Below, one piece after another: positions 53,480-64,000 of a stretch of DNA of 64,000 nt. The stretch is taken from NCBI GenBank assembly GCA_951406725.2, contig OX597818.1, forward strand, positions 14,260,001 to 14,324,000. The letters are read 5' to 3'. A program made the translations under genes and the position numbers. The notes under the pieces were generated by a model. It was not told the DNA's origin, did no database searches, and saw nothing but the letters and a program-made list of their open reading frames with translations. This DNA is from Octopus vulgaris (taxonomy: Eukaryota). The stretch's first letter is position 1. The number at the start of each line of letters is the position of its first letter.

Positions 53480-54782
53480 TTTCCACAGGCTCCCCCTTCT
53501 AAGTCCCCTCCTAATTCTCTCATATTTTACTCTCTCCCTCTCAAACTTTGAACAACCATCATGTACTATCTTCCGTCATCCATCGCGGTTTTGTGCCTCC
53601 CTTTCCCAATTACCAGCTGCAATTCCTGTCTGTATTAGAGCATTTTAAGGCAATACTTAAACCTTAGTTTAGGCTTTTGCGCTGGTCCGCTGCCATCTTC
53701 CAGCTCACCATACAATAGCTGCTTGGGCACTCGCTCATCACTCTTCCTTACCAAATGTCCCACCACCTCAAACGTCTTTGCAAAATCTATACTTCTACTC
53801 CACTCCTCTCAAGCATCTTCACATTACTAATGACCATTTTCCAGTTGATGAAATCGTTCAATTACCTTACCTGCCAACGGTAAACAACCCATGCCTCACT
53901 CCCATATAGCAAAGATGGGAGGACGCATGTTATATATTTTAACTTTAATTTGTAAAGATATATTATGTTGTTTCCACAGACGCCTATTAAGCCTACCAAA
54001 AGCAATACTAGCCCTACTGATTCTGTATGAAATTTCATCATCAAGACCGGCGGGCTGGTACATTATAACATTTTATTTTAGATTGATCGTTAGAACCAAT
54101 GCTGTACATGCTTCAGAAATCGCATTCACCATGTACTGCATATCTTTCTGGGAATGTGCCAACAGGTCGCAATCATCTGCATAGCTGGACTCAACGAGGG
54201 GAGAATGCAGAAGTTTCGTTTGGCACAGAGTCTTTTGAGATTGAACAGTTTTCCTGTTGTCCTATATCTTATATAGACCCCTTCAGGGCAATCTTTAAAA
54301 GCTATTTGAAAGACTATTGCAAAATATATAGCAAACTGTGTAGGAGCAGGAATATCACTTTGCTTTACACCATTTTCGACAGAAATTGGATCTGATAAGA
54401 GACCTCCAACGTTAACTCTCACTTCCATGTTGTCATGAAATTGTCTAAGCATTCCAATAAATTTTTCAGAGCATCCTAGCCTTCTCAGGTTGCCACAAAG
54501 TACAATTCTAATGATAAAAACAAACACTTTTGTTAGGTGAATGAAAACCTGGTATAAGTCCATATCCTGTTAGATGCGCTTCTCTTGCAACTGACTAACT
54601 GAAAATATAATATCCATGGCACTCCTAATATTACCTAAACCGACATTGTTATTCTGGTGAAACTTCATCAGCAATGTTCAGAAGTAATCTATCCAAAATT
54701 ATCATACAGAGGACCTTTCCTGTAACAACTAACAGACAGATGCCGGGATAATTATCACAGACAACCTTTCCACCTTATATAG
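53480..54782 (-). mobile_element. RTE-clade LINE RT and C-terminal fragment
   Basis: DIIFSVSQLQEK, LGCSEKFIGMLRQFHDNM, GVKQSDIPAPT.F, GVYIRYRTTGKLFNL, a YADD-type motif, VLPSLLYGSEAW, RWWTFG/ERVPKQLLYGEL..KPKLRFK. Confidence 0.92.
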
Positions 54783-54784
54783 TA

Positions 54785-56250
54785 TGTCAGGTCGCTCTTG
54801 AGTGCTACTGGTACAAAGTAGTCCAGTACAACCTGTTACCTGGTCGGGTCGTCGGCGACTAAACTGTCAACCCCACCAGACTTGCTGGGTGAGGTGGGTG
54901 CTTGTTGGACACCCTACGGGACAAAAAATAAGTCCTGTCAAAGGGTGGAGGAACTACAACGTAATCAACGGCCATTCAACTGCGTGTATTTGTGGAGTGT
55001 ATGTGTATTGTATATATATTGCATTTTAAACTCTGTATGTGTGTATGCTTTGTTTATATTGCATTTCAGCCTCTCTGTGTACATATTGTATATTGAGATT
55101 TTTAAATTGTGTATATTATATGTCAATCTTATATTTAATTTTACTCAGTTTTACCTCAATTTGTATTTATTTCTCTTATTTTAGTTATTTTTAATAAATA
55201 TATGAGGGGTGAATAGAGCTCCTCTTTTTACCCAAGCCATGGCGAAGGCGGTCTATCTAGGAGAAAGTAACTCTAAATTTAAATATTCCATTGCTGTCTT
55301 GTAGTTAGCCTTTGGTTGTGCAAAGACTGGGAGAGGGACACATTGATATAAAACCTGCAACTGCAAATGCACCCAATGATGTCGACTTGCTCTTCTTTTT
55401 GGATCATGCTTTGCCGTTTTTGAGAGTGGGAATGGTTACCGTGTAAAATTTTCCTCAGGCACAAGTATTGCTGGAGAGGAAAAAGAAATGGACATTTTGT
55501 ATGTACATGGCTGGCCGAAGCTTATGAAAAGGCGCATCTAAACAATGAAAGTTCATATTGATCATGACGCAAATGGAAAAAAGGGCTCTGGAACATTTTG
55601 TTCTGTGGGCTGGCCCGGCAGGTGTCCCAGGGCATCATAGCTTGGATCCGGTCGTCATCCCGCAACTGTGAGTAAATCCAAGTTAAGATGCAAGCCTATG
55701 AATATAGGATGTTGGAATGTTCGAACGTTATTAAACAATGATTGTCTGAAATCTCGTCTGGAGAGAAGATCCGCGCTTGTTGCAAAAGAGTTACAACGAC
55801 ATGATATGGATGTTGTAGCAGTAACCGAAACAAGAATTCATGGAAAGGGAATTTCGTTGAGAAATATGTTGGATATCATTTATTTTAGAGCGGCAGAAAA
55901 GAGACCTATAAGAGAAAATCAGGAGTGGGATTTGCTAACAAAACTTGAGGAACTACCATATGGTCATTCGGATCGTTCGATATCTTTAAGACTTCCATTA
56001 AGAAAAGGTCGCTATGCAACGCTCATAAGTGCATATGCTCCAAATATGAGTTCATCAAAGGATGATAAACTTGCCTTCTATCTATCACTTACTGAGATTA
56101 TACGCAATATAACCCATGATGACAAAGTTATCATTTTGCGTGAATTTAATGCTTGTGTTGGTGCAGGTTGGGAGACTTGGAGTGTCTTAGGAAAGCATGG
56201 GGTTGGGAGTTTCAACATTAATGGCTTACAACTGTTACAAATGCGCGTAG
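54785..56250 (+). mobile_element. RTE-clade LINE 5' end: structured leader, 5' UTR and APE endonuclease, 3'-truncated
   Basis: ORF at 55668: MNIGCWNVRTL, ERRSALVAKELQR..DVVAVTETR, SDRSISLRLPL..YATLISAYAP, FY..L, DKVIILREFNACVG, GKHGVGSFNINGLQLL (APE). The leader is shared with 25030-25198. Confidence 0.92.
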
Positions 56251-56251
56251 A

Positions 56252-56368
56252 GATACATACATGCATACATACATACATACATACATACATACATACATAC
56301 ATACATACATGCATACATACATACATACATACATACATACATACATACATACATACATACATACATAC
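56252..56368. repeat. (CATA)n microsatellite
   Basis: Directly visible; truncates the APE ORF. Confidence 0.97.
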
Positions 56369-56587
56369 AAGATTTATTTGTGATTTGAAATAGCTGTCAT
56401 GTATAATAAACAGAAATAAGGCGTCGTTTTTAGATTCAGTTTTTTTCCGGAAACTATTTTTACTAAGAAAAAAATAATATATACCTCACACTTATGGTGC
56501 CTATAAGATAAGCATAATATAATGAAAAATTATGAATTTTAGAACACTTTAGTGAACAAAAAACGTTTTCATAATTTTTTATAAGCG

Positions 56588-56810
56588 CAGGCATAACTAT
56601 GTGGTTAACATGCTCACTTTGTAACCATGTGGTTTTGTTTTCAGCCCCCAAGCTTGGTACTTTGGGTAAGCGGCATTCCGTCTACCGTTAGTTCTAATTC
56701 CACTGAGGTCGGTAAGATCAGTGTCAGTTGAACACTGGGGTTGATTTAATTGATTTACTCTCTTCCCCGAAAACTGCTGGCCTTGTGCCAAAATTTTTGC
56801 TTATAGAAAA
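56588..56810 (+). mobile_element. Degenerate SINE (14794-type head, 8150-type tail)
   Basis: caggcataactatgtggttaac...aaccatgtggttttgtttt...ctttgggtaag head, followed by cactggggttgatttaattgatt...ggccttgtgccaaaattt tail. Confidence 0.6.
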
Positions 56811-57329
56811 CAATGTGTGGATTATTGTATTAACTCAAGTTGTACCCTGCCTAATGAGTTGGTTCTTTCGTTTAGGTGATCCTTGCTGGGCAATGTTTAG
56901 TATTACAGTATGACCTAAATGAAGATAAATAGTAGCTTTCAATACCAGGTGAGATAATATATTGTAAGTCTTAGCTACCGTTAAAATAGTTAACCAAATT
57001 TAATTCTCTTTACTTCAATTGATCAATATCTGAAATTTTAACGCATTACGTAGCGAACCGTCAGTTTTTGTGAAGCACAACAAGATACTTATAAGCGAGC
57101 GAAAATTTCTAAAACGATGTCTATTCGAATACACACACATACACACACGCGCGCGCGTACACACACACACACATAGTTACATGTATAAATCCGTATATAG
57201 TGCCCATAAACTGATCAATATTAATTAGCAAACCATTGATCATTCACTTTTTAAGTCATCCAAATGGATTTAACATCCAGCCTTATGGATAATACAAAAT
57301 GAAATTTCAATATTTTTTTTTTAATTAAC

Positions 57330-58010
57330 TATATCGCAATACATTTTATAGTTTGGGGTATATTAGAGAAAATTTTGTACTTTTTTGGTCTTAGAATTGT
57401 TCTTTTCGTAGTGAGTTCTTATGTTTTAAGCCCAAGTTATTATATAGCTTGTACCACATGCACGAAATATGATGATGTTGGTACTTCGTTAGGACTCTAC
57501 GTGTCTTAATTTTCTGCCCACAACTGTAAACCTCTGGATTTCGTTCTTGCCATGTCTTCTGTCACCGAAATGCTCATGTTCAATTTTTAAAGTCCACCAA
57601 AATCATGGAAACTATTAATATTTCTTCTCGGAATATTAATTTTGTTTTTTTAAATAACAGACCATTTGTTTTTTTTTTAAATAAAATTTCTATGGTCTAA
57701 AAATTGAACAAGCATTTTGCGAAGTTCCTTTCTCTAATCCTGTATCAAATAAAAGCTGGTCATTGTTTCCACATGTATCGTTATAGTTCAACTTTCTTCT
57801 GTAATTTTGCATTGTTTCATTTTACCTGAAACCATTGACTCAAGATCTCACTGGAGATCAGTTCATACTACCAAGCTTTTACAGGATTTCAATTCTATCC
57901 TTTCTTCGCAGATTGAAATATCATAAACAGGCAACATTAACTAGCATTTATGGGGATTTTACGCGTTTCACATTGCAACTAACAGTTTACTAACGCAAGA
58001 CTAAACAATA
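57330..58010 (-). mobile_element. Possible very decayed Tc1/mariner-superfamily fragment
   Basis: Weak minus-strand resemblance (EERIE N-terminus; W..ENP and VW-like blocks). No TIR confirmed. Confidence 0.25.
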
Positions 58011-58383
58011 ACATTTCTATATGATTCAAAGGTATTATAATTCTACTAATAAATCATGTTATTCGTAAATAGAATATTTCAATTCTTCCATTTGAATTGC
58101 ATGTTTTTGAATTTTCATTTTCAAAATCATATTTAATGTCATAGAACATTTCCTAAAAAATTAATACCTTATTGCTGCAATTAATTTGGAACATTTTGTT
58201 TGTTTATTTGGGTGTTTTCCTCCTTTGAAACACATAAACTGACGTTATGATATATTTTCTCGCGTACTATCTATATTGAGATAATTCACATATCCCTTGT
58301 CTCATATATACCGTGAAGGTTAGATATCAGATAATATATAAAGGGATGAACCCTCTAATTCAACTGAAAGAATTTTGAAATTA

Positions 58384-59594
58384 ACAGCTCATCCCATAAG
58401 TTCTGTCCGATTTTACTTTTTTTTTAAATATTGAATGAAATTTAATAGTATTTTAGAATGTCTAATAGAATTACAACTTATTTTTATGCATTTGTGTACA
58501 TTTAAACTAATTAAATATTATTTTACAGAAAAATAGAATTATAATTTCTTTCATTAAAACCCTTTCTAACATCGAAGTTTCCAAAGAGCATTTAAGGCAC
58601 ATAATGCTTTATGAGTACAAAAAAGGAAACTCTGCAGCTGACGCGACTCGAAACCTACACTCAGTTTATGGGAAAGAATGCTTGAATGAAACAACTTGCA
58701 GAAGATGGCTTGCAAATTTTAGAAGTGGAGATTTCAGCCTTGAAGATGAAGATCGAAAAGGACGTCCAGTTATTCAAACCATACAACGGCTCATCGTCAT
58801 CTTCAACAATTTCGAAAGGTTCCTAAACTTGGAAAATAGGTTTCCTCATGAATTGTCCGAAAGCAACCGCAAATCCTGAGTTGACATCTACACTTCTCTC
58901 CATTCTCGCTAACTCATTTCACCCTTTTTGGGTAGACTTGTGACTGGTGACGAAAAATGGAATCTCTATCGAAATGCTAAACATCGTAAACAGTGGCTCG
59001 GTAAAAGAGGAAAAGCTCAAGCACAACCGAGAAGGGAACTTCATGGAAAAAAAGGTTCTTCTCTCTATCTCGTCGGATTGCAAACGAGTAATTCACTTTG
59101 AATTGTTACCACCTAATGCAAACTATCACTGCTCAAGTCTACTGTCAGCAATTAGAGCGATTGTACCAAGCTTTGAAGAATAAAAGACCCGATTAAGTGA
59201 ATCGAAAAGGAGTGATGTTTCATCAGGACAATGCCCGACTCCACACTGCAAAGATCCCATCATAGAAGATCGAAGAGCTTGGTTAGGAAAAAATTCATCT
59301 ACTTTATTCTTCCGACCTTGCACCTTCAGACTACCATTTGTTTCGTAGTTTACGGGATCATTTGGGGACATAACCTTCGCAAGCCAGGAAGAGGTCGAAA
59401 CTGACATTTCAGAGTTCTTCGCTTTGAAACCAAAAGAGTTTTACATTTATGTGATTAAAAAGCTTGTAAATAGATGGAAGGAAGTCATAGATAATCAGGG
59501 AAAGTATATTGATGATTAAATTTCAATTAAATATAATATTTGATCACTTGTTTTCTTTATTCAAAATTCGAACAGAACTTATGGGATGACCTGA
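58384..59594 (+). mobile_element. Full-length DD34D mariner transposon, transposase pseudogenised
   Basis: TIRs acagctcatcccataagttctgtccga versus reverse complement tcaggtcatcccataagttctgttcga. TA at 58382-83 and 59595-96. Peptides MLYEYKKGNSAADATRNL..RWLANFRSGDFSLEDEDRKGRP, LVTGDEKW, HQDNARLH, YSSDLAPSDYHLFRSL and KLVNRWKEVIDNQGKY. Confidence 0.95.
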
Positions 59595-59639
59595 TAGTAA
59601 GTTCAATTTATATTAATGTTACCGGTGAATATAAAATCT

Positions 59640-60820
59640 CAGACATAACCTTCACTGCCACTGACAATAAATAGCAGCAATAAATGAGGTCAAATACTAC
59701 TCTGCTGTAGGCCCTGATAGATACCCCGCTAGTCTCCTGAAGGAATGTAGACACCAACTTGCAGTCCCTCTGACCAACCTCTGGAGAAATTAATTAGACG
59801 CAGATTATATACCGAAACAGTTTCTATCCCAGTCGGTCATCCCGGTTTTCAAACAGGGAAACAGATCCCTCGCAGTCAACTATCGCCCAATCTCACTCAC
59901 CTCCCACATCATTAAAATGTTTGAAAGAGTGTTAAGATCAAGGATAGCTGACTTCCTAAAGACCCACAACCTCCTAAATGCAAATCAGCATGGCTTTCGC
60001 TGTGGCAGGGACTGTCTAACACAGCTCTTAGACCACATTGACGATGTACTCAAAGCCTTGGGAATAGGTTCGAACTCTGACATCATATATCTTGACTTCA
60101 GTAAAGCGTTCGACAGGGTAGACCATAATATCCTGGATCTTAAGAACTTTCCGGTGCAGAGAACAAGGTGTCATCATACCACTTTTCTCCTCCTTTGTAC
60201 GGCCACACCTCGAATATTGCTGCCCACTGTGGTCTCCCCATACAAGACAAAACATCTCCAGGATTGAGTCACCCCAGAGGGCACTCACTAAACAAATTGA
60301 AGGCATGGCTGCTCTCAATTATTGGGATCGCCTTAAAGCCTTGAAACTTTACTCTCTCCAGCGTCGCCGTGAGCGGTACATCATTTGTATGATGTGGAGA
60401 ATATACCGCCAACTTTGCCCAAAGGACCTTAACATTAGCTTCAAGGTTCATCCAAGACTGGGACCACGGGCCATACGTCCCCTGCCCAATTCATGATCAC
60501 AGAATATATGTACACTGCAACATAATTTCTTTTCCTCAACAGGCCCTGCCCTATTTAACATTGTCCCGAGGGAGATCAAAGAGGAAAAAGGATCCCATCA
60601 ACTTTAAACGGTGTCTGGATAGATTCCTTCAAGGAATACCAGATAAGCCACCCATAATTGGATACAACTCACCCAACAAGAACTCACTACTTGAATGGAC
60701 CATAAACAAAACTTGACTTAAACAGGATTCGAATAATCCTATCAGGTGGTGCTATTAAGTTAGACATGGCCTGGACCAATCTTTAGTCGAAACATATCTA
60801 AGTTTATCTAAGTTTATATC
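59640..60820 (+). mobile_element. CR1-clade LINE 3' fragment with internal deletion and (TAAGTTTATC)n tail
   Basis: SAVGPD, VIPVFKQG, NYRPISLTSHIIKMFER, QHGFRCGRDCLTQLL, IYLDFSKAFDRVDH, then VRPHLEYCCPLWSP and RLKALKLYSLQRRRER. Tandem tail at 60795-60818. Confidence 0.92.
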
Positions 60821-60884
60821 AGTCTCATCGTTTCATTTCCGTCATATGAAGAACATATTAAACTAGTAATACTAAGCAATATTA

Positions 60885-61084
60885 TTTTCTACTCTAAGCA
60901 CAATGCTCGAAATTGTTGGGGAGGGAGTTAGTCGATTAAGTTAAATACCAATAAGCAACTGGTACTTAACTTATCGACCCCGAAAGTCGACCTCGGCGGA
61001 ATTTGAACTCAGAACGTAAAGACAGACGAAATACTGACAAGAAGTTCGCCCGGCGTGCTAATGTTTCAGCCAGCTTGCCGCCTT
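60885..61084 (-). mobile_element. SINE, same family as 8150-8339 (best copy)
   Basis: Reverse complement aaggcggcaagctggctgaaacattagcacgccgggcg...gagttcaaattccgccgaggtcgactttcggggtcgataag...gtaccag (B-box plus Nin/Deu-like core). Confidence 0.85.
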
Positions 61085-61699
61085 GATACTAAGCAATATT
61101 AACTAAATACTGAAGGTAAGAAATCATTCATTTGCAGATTTATGATAGAAGTATAAATCTCAAATACTTATCACTGATGTTTTCTGAAGATAGTTCGTGT
61201 AAATTTTGGTATAGACAATGTATTATACTGTCTTATCATTTATTGTATACGTTGTATGGAGATTTAATAACCTATTTCGCGTTCTTTTTATTGCAATTCA
61301 TGTAAAATTCACCGATAATTACAGGTTTCCATTGGCTCAGTCCTCAATTACTCGCTTATTTTTATGACTGCAAGTGTGACAAGTTAAGTGTAGGCGGAGC
61401 AATGTCAAAAATGTGCACATGCATATATACACGTACGCACGCAAACACATACATATAAAAGGAAACCTCCCTCTCTCTCTCTCTATCTCTCTCTCTATAT
61501 ATATATATATATGAGAAGCGAGAGACGTATATATACGCATGTACTAGTGTGTGTGTGCGTAAGTGTGTATGTGTGTGTAAGTGTATGTGTGTGTGTGTGA
61601 GTGTGTGTTTTACTGTACCTAATTATTATACATTCCCTCCTTCCAGTCAAATGCGTTGCTGATATTCTCTTAAAGGTTATATGCTGTGCCGTTTATATT

Positions 61700-62860
61700 A
61701 CCTTTTCCTGCACCACATGACGAGGCGATGTGCCATGGTGGTATAAAAGAGATGAAATTGTGAAATTCTACTGATAACCCCCAAACGCCACCCAAATTGT
61801 GATCGTTCTTTCTTCATAGCATAATATTATTATCTTTCCATGTCCACAATTTGTGACATTCCACCATTATGGATTATTTCGTCAAATACGATGCTAATTG
61901 GTCTAAGCTGCATGCAAGTTGAACTTCAACATTTTAAATGGATTGATAAATGAAGAAATAATCAGGAATGTTGCTAAATCAGGAAGTGATAGCAGCCCAA
62001 ATGTTTGAGGGATCAGACAGCAAAAACAAATATATTTAGTTTACCAAATCTTTGAATAAAGTTATCATTCCTAATAAAGCCTACATTTACAAGTTAACTT
62101 ACAATTTCCTTGTGGAGCGTTTCGATAAACTTCAAATGTTATAAATGCTTTTTCTTCTTTTGATCTGTCAGTCAGTATCCAGCGACGGCTATATTATTCC
62201 GTTATAAAAATAAAAGTTATCAGATTTTGTAAACCAATCGTTAATTTTGCATAATAAACCTGATCTGAGCTCCACAATAAATAAAATACTGTTGCTTAAA
62301 CATCGGTTGCTATGATAGGCTAAGCAAGCTGTCACTAATGGAACATCAAGAGCAATTAGCCACACAGGTGGTGATCTCAACTTAAACATCAACGCAAATA
62401 CGATTTATGGTCTCATGCATTTGTTATTTTGTCTGTAACTGTCAGTTGTGTCCGAAAATAGGCAGCTCGCCTGTAGATTCCATACTCAAACATATATTTG
62501 CTTCTACTCTGTCAGAAAGCAAAATCAGCTTTCTCAATATAAATAGGAAAACACGCTGTTTTAAGTGATTGCATCCAGACAATACCCCCAGCGGACAGAA
62601 TCGTTATGACTGTATAGAACATTATCATTCATCAGACTTGTACGCATCTGGCTTTCTAATAACAATTCGGATATTAAAATTGCAAGATATATCAGGAGCG
62701 AGAACTTTTTCCAGTGTAAATCTATCTCCAATTGAAATGTAAAAAAAAGGAAGAGATAAAAGAGTTTGATAATAAATTTATGAAATGAGTGATGGAAATA
62801 CCTTTGTAAATTATGTTGGGATATAAGCTGCATTCTCCGTGTGTTTCTGTTTTTTTTCAT
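61700..62860 (-). mobile_element. Possible very decayed R4/Dong-type RT
   Basis: HNDSVRWGYCL resembles GDS.SP.GFCL and SNSILFIVELR resembles .HSLFIDDLK, in the correct order. Weak. Confidence 0.35.
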
Positions 62861-63446
62861 CTCATTTAACTATCCATTGAAAATGGGGAAAATGAAATAA
62901 TGGAGAGAGGAAATTATTTGATGTGTCAGATGTAATGACATCGAGTATATAAACGATGTAATGCTTCATTCATCTTCAGAATTATTGATAAATTGGGAAC
63001 GATTTCAAACACCTTTCATGATTAGAGTCTGTGTGCCGGGGGATAGATAATTAAATTTCAATGGGCTAGTCTGTAACATATTAACGAAATGACAGAAGCG
63101 CTAATATCAAAGAGATTATGAATTCATTTGAAATTAGTTTTATAAGATTTCTCGCTGTTGTAGATAGTGAAGTTTTTCATATTTTTACATCCTATAAATA
63201 CTAACAATCTATGTATCTGTTACGTTGTTGTGAATTGCTTCTGTTTGCATACAACTATGAAATCATGCATTGATATACACACACAGAATATATATATATA
63301 TATTACTGAAGCGTTACCTGGGATAAGTGCTTATGATAGCGAGAAGTTGAAGCAGCTGTAAGACCTTCTTTATATAAATGCTCTAATATTTACACAGCCT
63401 TAGTCTTTTTATCTTATTACGCAAAAAATTCTTATATATCTATAAA

Positions 63447-63447
<1 letters not shown>

Positions 63448-63539
<92 letters not shown>
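63448..63539. repeat. (CA)n(TA)n microsatellite
   Basis: Directly visible. Confidence 0.97.
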
Positions 63540-63541
<2 letters not shown>

Positions 63542-63644
63542 TTCAGGGAGCCCTAATTCTTCATAACTAATAGAAGTCCTATTTTCTGTTTCTTAGAATA
63601 AGTTTATCTGTTTTAAAATGTGCATCTTGTCTTCGAATATGAAT

Positions 63645-63680
63645 TACTAGCTGAATAGCACGTCATTGCCGGGGAATTTT
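63645..63680 (+). mobile_element. Possible Helitron/Helentron (HINE-like) terminus
   Basis: tactagctgaatagcacgtcattgccggggaatt resembles the recalled ACTAGC...CCCGGCGTTGCCCGGG terminus. The other end was not seen. Confidence 0.35.
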
Positions 63681-64000
63681 TACAATAGAATGTCTTATAT
63701 ACACTTTTGTTTCTTCCGTATCAGACTGTGCCTACGCCTACAAATTAGCCTCTTGATCAGGACAGATTTGTACAATTTTTTGCAAAATATTCGTTGAGAA
63801 TAATTTCCCTTTTTAAATTATTTACATGTTTGTTCGACCGTTTCACGTTACTTTATTCATTAAAACCTATTAAAACTTCAGAAATTCTTACAGCTTTGGA
63901 CGTCGTAATGCTTTGCTTTCGTTTGTTTAATACAAATTCCTTCTCGTAATGATTTTGCTTTCATTTTATGATAGAAAGCTATCAAGCAGAAAATGCCACG

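Overview
This is an AT-rich eukaryotic window dense in (TA)n, (CA)n and (TACA)n microsatellites. Its repeat repertoire points to a cephalopod, probably Octopus (inference from recalled SINE/MITE families, not a database result). I found no intact host protein-coding gene. Nearly all ORFs in the track are microsatellite read-through or decayed transposon fragments. Recognisable DNA transposons: a near full-length piggyBac with TTAA TSDs, a full-length DD34D mariner, two maT/DD37D-type remnants and two MITEs. Recognisable retroelements: RTE, R4/Dong-type and CR1-type LINE remnants, three Penelope-like element (PLE) remnants, and several tRNA-derived SINE families. The most interesting signal is non-coding. 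Four unrelated short modules each carry a minimal type I hammerhead ribozyme or a variant-core version, set in tandem or palindromic PLE-terminus-like architecture; one of them has a tRNA-like Pol III head. There is also a ~313-bp tandem/inverted array of tRNA-like units with a serially mutated 15-bp minisatellite at its inversion point, a bipartite non-autonomous RTE derivative with a structured leader, and two large foldbacks. All calls were made by eye; boundaries of degenerate elements are approximate.
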